Source of the DNA: an uncultured Bifidobacteriaceae bacterium
Lineage (GTDB): Bacteria > Verrucomicrobiota > Verrucomicrobiia > Limisphaerales > UBA11358
NCBI GenBank assembly: GCA_964449815.1
Contig: CAYVGC010000007.1
Coordinates: 3,948 to 67,947, forward strand
DNA: 64,000 bases
Direction: 5' to 3'
Shown here piece after piece: positions 59,451 through 64,000 of the stretch. A program made the position numbers and the translations under genes. The notes beneath the pieces are model-generated. The model saw nothing but the letters and a program-made list of their open reading frames with translations, had not been told where the DNA came from and made no database searches. Position 1 is the first letter of the stretch; each line of letters starts with the position of its first letter.

Positions 59451-59678
59451 CTTGGACACAGATTAACACGGATGGGCACGAATTTTGAACCACAAACCGG
59501 GACGCAAAGGCCGAAAGCGGCAGGATAAAAACGGACCACCGGGGGACTGGCGGGATGCGTTCGCGGCCAACACCTGTTTTTTATTTGCATTCGAAGCCAT
59601 AAGGAGCATGATCACATTGCCTGCGGAAAAAGTTTTATTCCGCACGCAACTTAACCATAAAAGAGAAAGATGAAACAT

Positions 59679-59801
59679 ATGGGAGATAGATCTCCGAAAG
59701 CGAATCAGAAGAAAATCCACCAAAAGCAGTCCAAGCACGACGCCCTTGCCGCGCAGAAAAAAGCGGCGATGGCCAGCAAGCAGACCGTGAGCACGAAATA
59801 A
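59679..59801 (+). CDS. Small basic protein, 40 aa (below the ORF-track cutoff)
   Basis: MGDRSPKANQKKIHQKQSKHDALAAQKKAAMASKQTVSTK*, with purine-rich leader and downstream hairpin. Confidence 0.6.
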   Translation: MGDRSPKANQKKIHQKQSKHDALAAQKKAAMASKQTVSTK

Positions 59802-59816
59802 AGTCGGCCCGGCCAG

Positions 59817-59853
59817 GCATCTCTCTTGAATAAAAATCAAGGGAGATGCTTTC
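59817..59853 (+). terminator. Stem-loop after the small basic ORF
   Basis: gcatctctcttga / tcaagggagatgc. Confidence 0.6.
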
Positions 59854-60132
59854 CAATTCAAGAAACTTCAACTGGGCCAGACCTGGAAATGCGGGAACAA
59901 ACCTGTCCGCATCGGGCCTCGCGAACGCAGCCCGGCAGGCTCCCGCCAGCCGCCGCAAATGAGTCAAGGCCGCAGACGATGGCCTGTCGGAATTCCTCCG
60001 GACATCATAATCGCCGGATGCAAATTTGATTCTGTTCCCGGAGCACGGACGTGTTTTGGACTTTGGCTGAATAGGGATTGCCGGCCTCTTAAAAACGCTC
60101 GACAAAATCCTGAACCGGCCTAATTTCAAAGC

Positions 60133-60882
60133 ATGAGCGGATGCCTGCAAATCAACTCGCAAAAATGGAAACTCTGGGGTTCCGACGGGCTGAAACTGTT
60201 TCTGCCCCGCGAGACACGGGACAGCTGCATCTATTTTCAGACCGACTGGTCTTTCGTCCCGCCCGAGGTGGAGGCGGCCACCGTGCCGGCCGAGGCGCCC
60301 AAGCTGCGGCTCCGCCTCATCGGCTGGGTGCCCGGCTTGAATGACTGGCGCGACCTGGAAAATCTTTTCCTCGGCTACCACGAACCGATTGACGGCAAGG
60401 AATTGCCAGACACCCGCGGGCCGGACATGTGGATCTTTCAACCCGGCGCAACCTCCGACCCGCAGTATGCCAGCTGGGAGACTGATCTGAAATTCGGTGA
60501 ACGGCACGGACGTGAATTTGAATTTTCCCTGGAAGCCCTCCGCCGCAGCGAACGGGCGTCCAAATTCATGATGGACTGCCATGTGAAAGAATTTTTCAAG
60601 CAGCCCCTGCCGCCGGATTGGGAACTGCCCGAATGGATCAACGAAGGCGACCAGTTGAGCTTTGCCGGCCGCGTCGAATTCAGGGAAATCTTTTGCAGCG
60701 CGCCCATCAACAGCGCGCAACCGCTCGAATGGGCCAGACAACTGGCCCGCCGCGAACTGGCCGTGAAGCAATTCGGGCCTTGCACCCTCATCGACGCCGA
60801 CCACTCCGCCGGCAACTATAACCCCAAGGACGGCATCAGCGAAACCGGCCGCCTCGTGGTGCTCCAAATGCCGGCCGGCTGA
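60133..60882 (+). CDS. Hypothetical protein
   Basis: 249-aa ORF with host-like codon usage; no family recognised. Confidence 0.65.
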   Translation: MSGCLQINSQKWKLWGSDGLKLFLPRETRDSCIYFQTDWSFVPPEVEAATVPAEAPKLRLRLIGWVPGLNDWRDLENLFLGYHEPIDGKELPDTRGPDMWIFQPGATSDPQYASWETDLKFGERHGREFEFSLEALRRSERASKFMMDCHVKEFFKQPLPPDWELPEWINEGDQLSFAGRVEFREIFCSAPINSAQPLEWARQLARRELAVKQFGPCTLIDADHSAGNYNPKDGISETGRLVVLQMPAG

Positions 60883-61287
60883 AGCCTGCGGGAAGCGGGA
60901 ATTAAAGTCGAGCCTGCGGCTCGACGCTACCATGAGATGAACCGCGAAAACCGCGATCGGCAGCGCCGCAGGCGCGGCCTATTTGTAGAACCATCCAGGA
61001 AATATATTTCAGCTCCGTCAGAAGCGAAATATGCCGCCCCGGCGCGGCTGGGGATTTTATTGGGGAAGAAATTTTGAAACCGGAGGAAATTCAACACCAA
61101 GACGCAAAGGGGCCGGCGCAAGGTGTGGTTCAAAATCCCATATCGCGGCAGCGCTGCTCCAAGTGATGGCTGATTGTCTGGATGGCCTTGCCAACCAGAC
61201 AATCCTGGCTTGCAGCCATTGTGATCAGGTGGAATTGTCCGCCGTCCGTTTGCAACCGGCCTGTTCGATATTCCGGCGTGGTCAGAT

Positions 61288-61989
61288 TTGACGGGTTGGA
61301 CTATGATTCAAGCCATGCCTGAACTGTTTTACCGGCTGCCCCGCAATGTCATCTCCAGCTTCAGCGGCCGCAATCTCTGGTGGCACGCGCTGGCCATCGG
61401 CCTGACGCTGGTCATCGTCCTGTCTGGCGGCGACTGGACTTATTATCTTGCGACCCGGAGTGAGACGGCTGCCCGGCTCGCCCGCCCGGCCATCGTGCTC
61501 GGCAGCATCCTGCCCATCTTGGGAACATTGATCCTCCTGACAATTGGTGAGGTCGGGAAAAACCGCCGCGTCACCACCACCGCCTGGGCTTTGGGACAGG
61601 CGGCCCTGCTCGGCTATTTGATTTCCTGCGGCTACAAGGCTTTCACCGGACGTCTCCCGCCCCCGTTCCAAGGGTTGCACATGTCGGCGGCGAACGAGGG
61701 TTTGCCGGTGGACAGCAGCCACGGCTTCCAATTCGGTCTGCTCAAAGGCGGCATTTTCTGGGGCTGGCCGTCGTCGCACACCACGGTGACCTTTGCCATG
61801 GCGGCCTGTTTGATCACGCTCTATTCAAAAAACATGAAGCTGGTTTTGCCCGCCTTGGTTTATGCGTGCTACATCGGCCTCGGCGTCTCGGTGAGCATCC
61901 ATTGGTTGTCCGAATTCGTGGCCGGAGCAATCATCGGCAGCGTGGTCGGCAGGGTCGTGGGCAGAAGCTTTCAAACCAGGCTGGCGTGA
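61288..61989 (+). CDS. PAP2 family membrane phosphatase
   Basis: KAFTGR..P, WPSSHT, IHWLSEFVAG and multiple TM helices; the start may be MPELF (61315). Confidence 0.85.
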   Translation: MTGWTMIQAMPELFYRLPRNVISSFSGRNLWWHALAIGLTLVIVLSGGDWTYYLATRSETAARLARPAIVLGSILPILGTLILLTIGEVGKNRRVTTTAWALGQAALLGYLISCGYKAFTGRLPPPFQGLHMSAANEGLPVDSSHGFQFGLLKGGIFWGWPSSHTTVTFAMAACLITLYSKNMKLVLPALVYACYIGLGVSVSIHWLSEFVAGAIIGSVVGRVVGRSFQTRLA

Positions 61990-62081
61990 GGCTGAAAGTC
62001 AGCCGGCGCGATTGCATCAGGCACGATGCAGCAGCGCCTGCCGCGCCGCTTTCATGCTGGCCGCCTGGCCCCGCCAAATCT

Positions 62082-64000
62082 TCAAGGCCGGTTGCCGGCA
62101 AACTTTGGCGCGAAAAGTTTTTCCAGCAGGCCGGCGTCGAGTTCCTGGTCCGGCCTGAATTTTGCCGATCCGGCGTAGGTGTAAAGGCTCGTCAGCCACT
62201 GGCGCACGGCCGGGTCTTTTACCTCCGCCAGATCCAAGCCGCAGACAAGCAGCTGGCCGGCGCCCACGCGCCCCTCGAACACGACGCCGAGCTTGTGGTT
62301 GCGGGCGAAGTTGTCAATCACCTGCACCAGCGGATGGTAATCCGCCGGCGTGTCGTCGAGAATAAAGACCCGTGCGCGCTGCATCAGGTTGAACCATTGC
62401 CAATCGCTGTTCATCTCCGTGGGAAACTGTGCGAACAGCGGGTGCCGCGGATCGCACAGCAGGCCCATCGTGTTCGGCTTCTGGCTGGGAAACCAGACCG
62501 GACTCCAAAAGACCGGCAGAAAACTGCCGCTCAGGGATGTCGCCGGGTTTGCCGTCTGTGGGCAGAAGACAACTTTTTTCCCGGCGGCCAATGCGGCCTT
62601 CGCCTCGTCCCATTTTTCACTGACCACCACGTCCGCCGGCGGCGGCGCAACAATTTTCGCCGGATAAACCCAAATGTTCCAGTCGTTGGCGAACGCGGTG
62701 CCCGGCAATGAAATTGTGACGGCAAATTTGCCCGGCGCGCGGGCGCGGGCGAGCGAGGCTTTGATCTCGCCGAGTTCGGTCAGCTTGCCCGTCGGCACCG
62801 TCAACGACGGAAACTTGCCCGCCGCCACTTCGCGCCCCTGCTCGTCTTTGATGGACCAGACCGGCTGCGTGCTTGGCAGATCAGCCGCGCCGTAATGTGC
62901 GATTTCCGCCGTTGCTAAAAATGGTTCATCGCTCGTGAAAGTGCGTTTGGGCAGCCGCAGCAGCGGCACCGTCGCCGAGCAATACCGGCGGAATGCCTTG
63001 GGCGTGATGAAACCTTTCGAATCCCAGAACGCATCCAGCGGCCCGACCAGCGCCGTGCCTTGCGTCGGATAATCGTGCAGGTCGAGCAATGAAAAACCGC
63101 CGTAGCCGGGCGTGCGCAGCAGGACTTCGATTTCCTCCTTGTAAAGCAGCGTGGCGAACCGGCCGCTCGCCTGGACATACTCCGGTTCCAGGTCGAGCAG
63201 ATTTTTCTTCGCCAGGTCATCGCGGATCAGCCCGAAGTTTCTCAACGCCATGACCCCGGTCCATTTGCTGATCTCCTTGAAATCGGGAAAATACATCCAC
63301 TGGCCGATCTCATGGCCGATGACCGGGGCTGCCCGGCTGGCAACGATGTCGCGCAAATCCCGTTCCGTGTCCGGCCCGCCGATGCCGCGCCCGCCGGCGG
63401 TCTCCGTCCACTGCCGGTTCGTCGTGGTTTGCCCTTCGGACGCCGAGGAATAAAGATGGCGCGGGTCACGCCTGATCAGCATGTCCACCCAGCGCGTCAG
63501 CAATGCTTCCTTGCCGCCGTATTCGTTGCCCAGCGTCATCAGGCAGAACGATGGATGATTGCCGTAGGTGTCCACCATCCGCTTGAATTCCGCCTCGATG
63601 AACTCGTCGCGCCGGGGATCCTCGCCGGCGTCAACATTCGCCATCGGTCCTTCCGCTTGAATCATGATGCCTTCGAGGTCCGCCGCCGCGAACGCGGCTT
63701 CAGGCGGGCACCACGAGTGAAACCGGATGAAATTCAGGCCGTAGGTTTTTTCGATCCGAAAAATCCGCCGCCACGTCGCCACGTCCGTCGGCGGACAGCC
63801 AGTCAGCGGAAACACCGAACATTCCAGCGTGCCGCGCAGAAACACCGGCCGGCCGTTCATCGTGAACTGCGTGCCGCGCGTGGCAAACTGGCGCATCCCG
63901 AAATGAACCGTGCGCTCGTCATCGCCGAGCTTCACCGTCACGTCGCTCAAATTTGGTGAAAACTCATCCCACAATTTCGCGCCGCCCATGTCCACATTCA
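62082..64000 (-). CDS. Glycoside hydrolase family 2-like protein (N-terminus off-window)
   Basis: GMRQF, NGRPVFLRG, YGLNFIRFHSWCPP, NHPSF..MTLGNE and HEIGQW; frame is open to the right edge. Confidence 0.88.
   Translation of the reverse strand, partial: NVDMGGAKLWDEFSPNLSDVTVKLGDDERTVHFGMRQFATRGTQFTMNGRPVFLRGTLECSVFPLTGCPPTDVATWRRIFRIEKTYGLNFIRFHSWCPPEAAFAAADLEGIMIQAEGPMANVDAGEDPRRDEFIEAEFKRMVDTYGNHPSFCLMTLGNEYGGKEALLTRWVDMLIRRDPRHLYSSASEGQTTTNRQWTETAGGRGIGGPDTERDLRDIVASRAAPVIGHEIGQWMYFPDFKEISKWTGVMALRNFGLIRDDLAKKNLLDLEPEYVQASGRFATLLYKEEIEVLLRTPGYGGFSLLDLHDYPTQGTALVGPLDAFWDSKGFITPKAFRRYCSATVPLLRLPKRTFTSDEPFLATAEIAHYGAADLPSTQPVWSIKDEQGREVAAGKFPSLTVPTGKLTELGEIKASLARARAPGKFAVTISLPGTAFANDWNIWVYPAKIVAPPPADVVVSEKWDEAKAALAAGKKVVFCPQTANPATSLSGSFLPVFWSPVWFPSQKPNTMGLLCDPRHPLFAQFPTEMNSDWQWFNLMQRARVFILDDTPADYHPLVQVIDNFARNHKLGVVFEGRVGAGQLLVCGLDLAEVKDPAVRQWLTSLYTYAGSAKFRPDQELDAGLLEKLFAPKFAGNRP

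Overview
High-GC bacterial chromosomal segment. Gene content and protein families point to Verrucomicrobiota, probably a Pedosphaera/Limisphaerales-like lineage (inference). It is mostly housekeeping genes (miaB, larE/larC/larB, cysS-tmk, plsC-cmk-aroA-tyrA, cbiX, purA, mpl, glgP, hemC, ilvB with a Val/Leu leader-peptide attenuator, dapL, aroC), mixed with secreted-protein and carbohydrate loci built around prepilin/H-X9-DG proteins, a 7-heme membrane cytochrome and two unanchored FN3-domain proteins. I saw no rRNA, tRNA, CRISPR-cas, transposase, integrase or reverse transcriptase. The main unexplained signals are small-scale. (1) Heptamer arrays and REP-like palindromes sit in frame inside at least six enzymes (larE, larC, aroA, cbiX, a phosphoglucomutase twice, vsr), and related short repeats cluster at gene boundaries. 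(2) An array of two alternating palindromes has an exact 83-bp period upstream of an FN3 gene. (3) A 14-unit 21-bp minisatellite abuts an orphan C-terminal sorting-like module. (4) Sharply bounded AT-rich in-frame patches occur in cysS and aroA. (5) A shared ~60-aa terminal module recurs on several secreted proteins. All family calls come from motif recognition by eye; no database searches were run.
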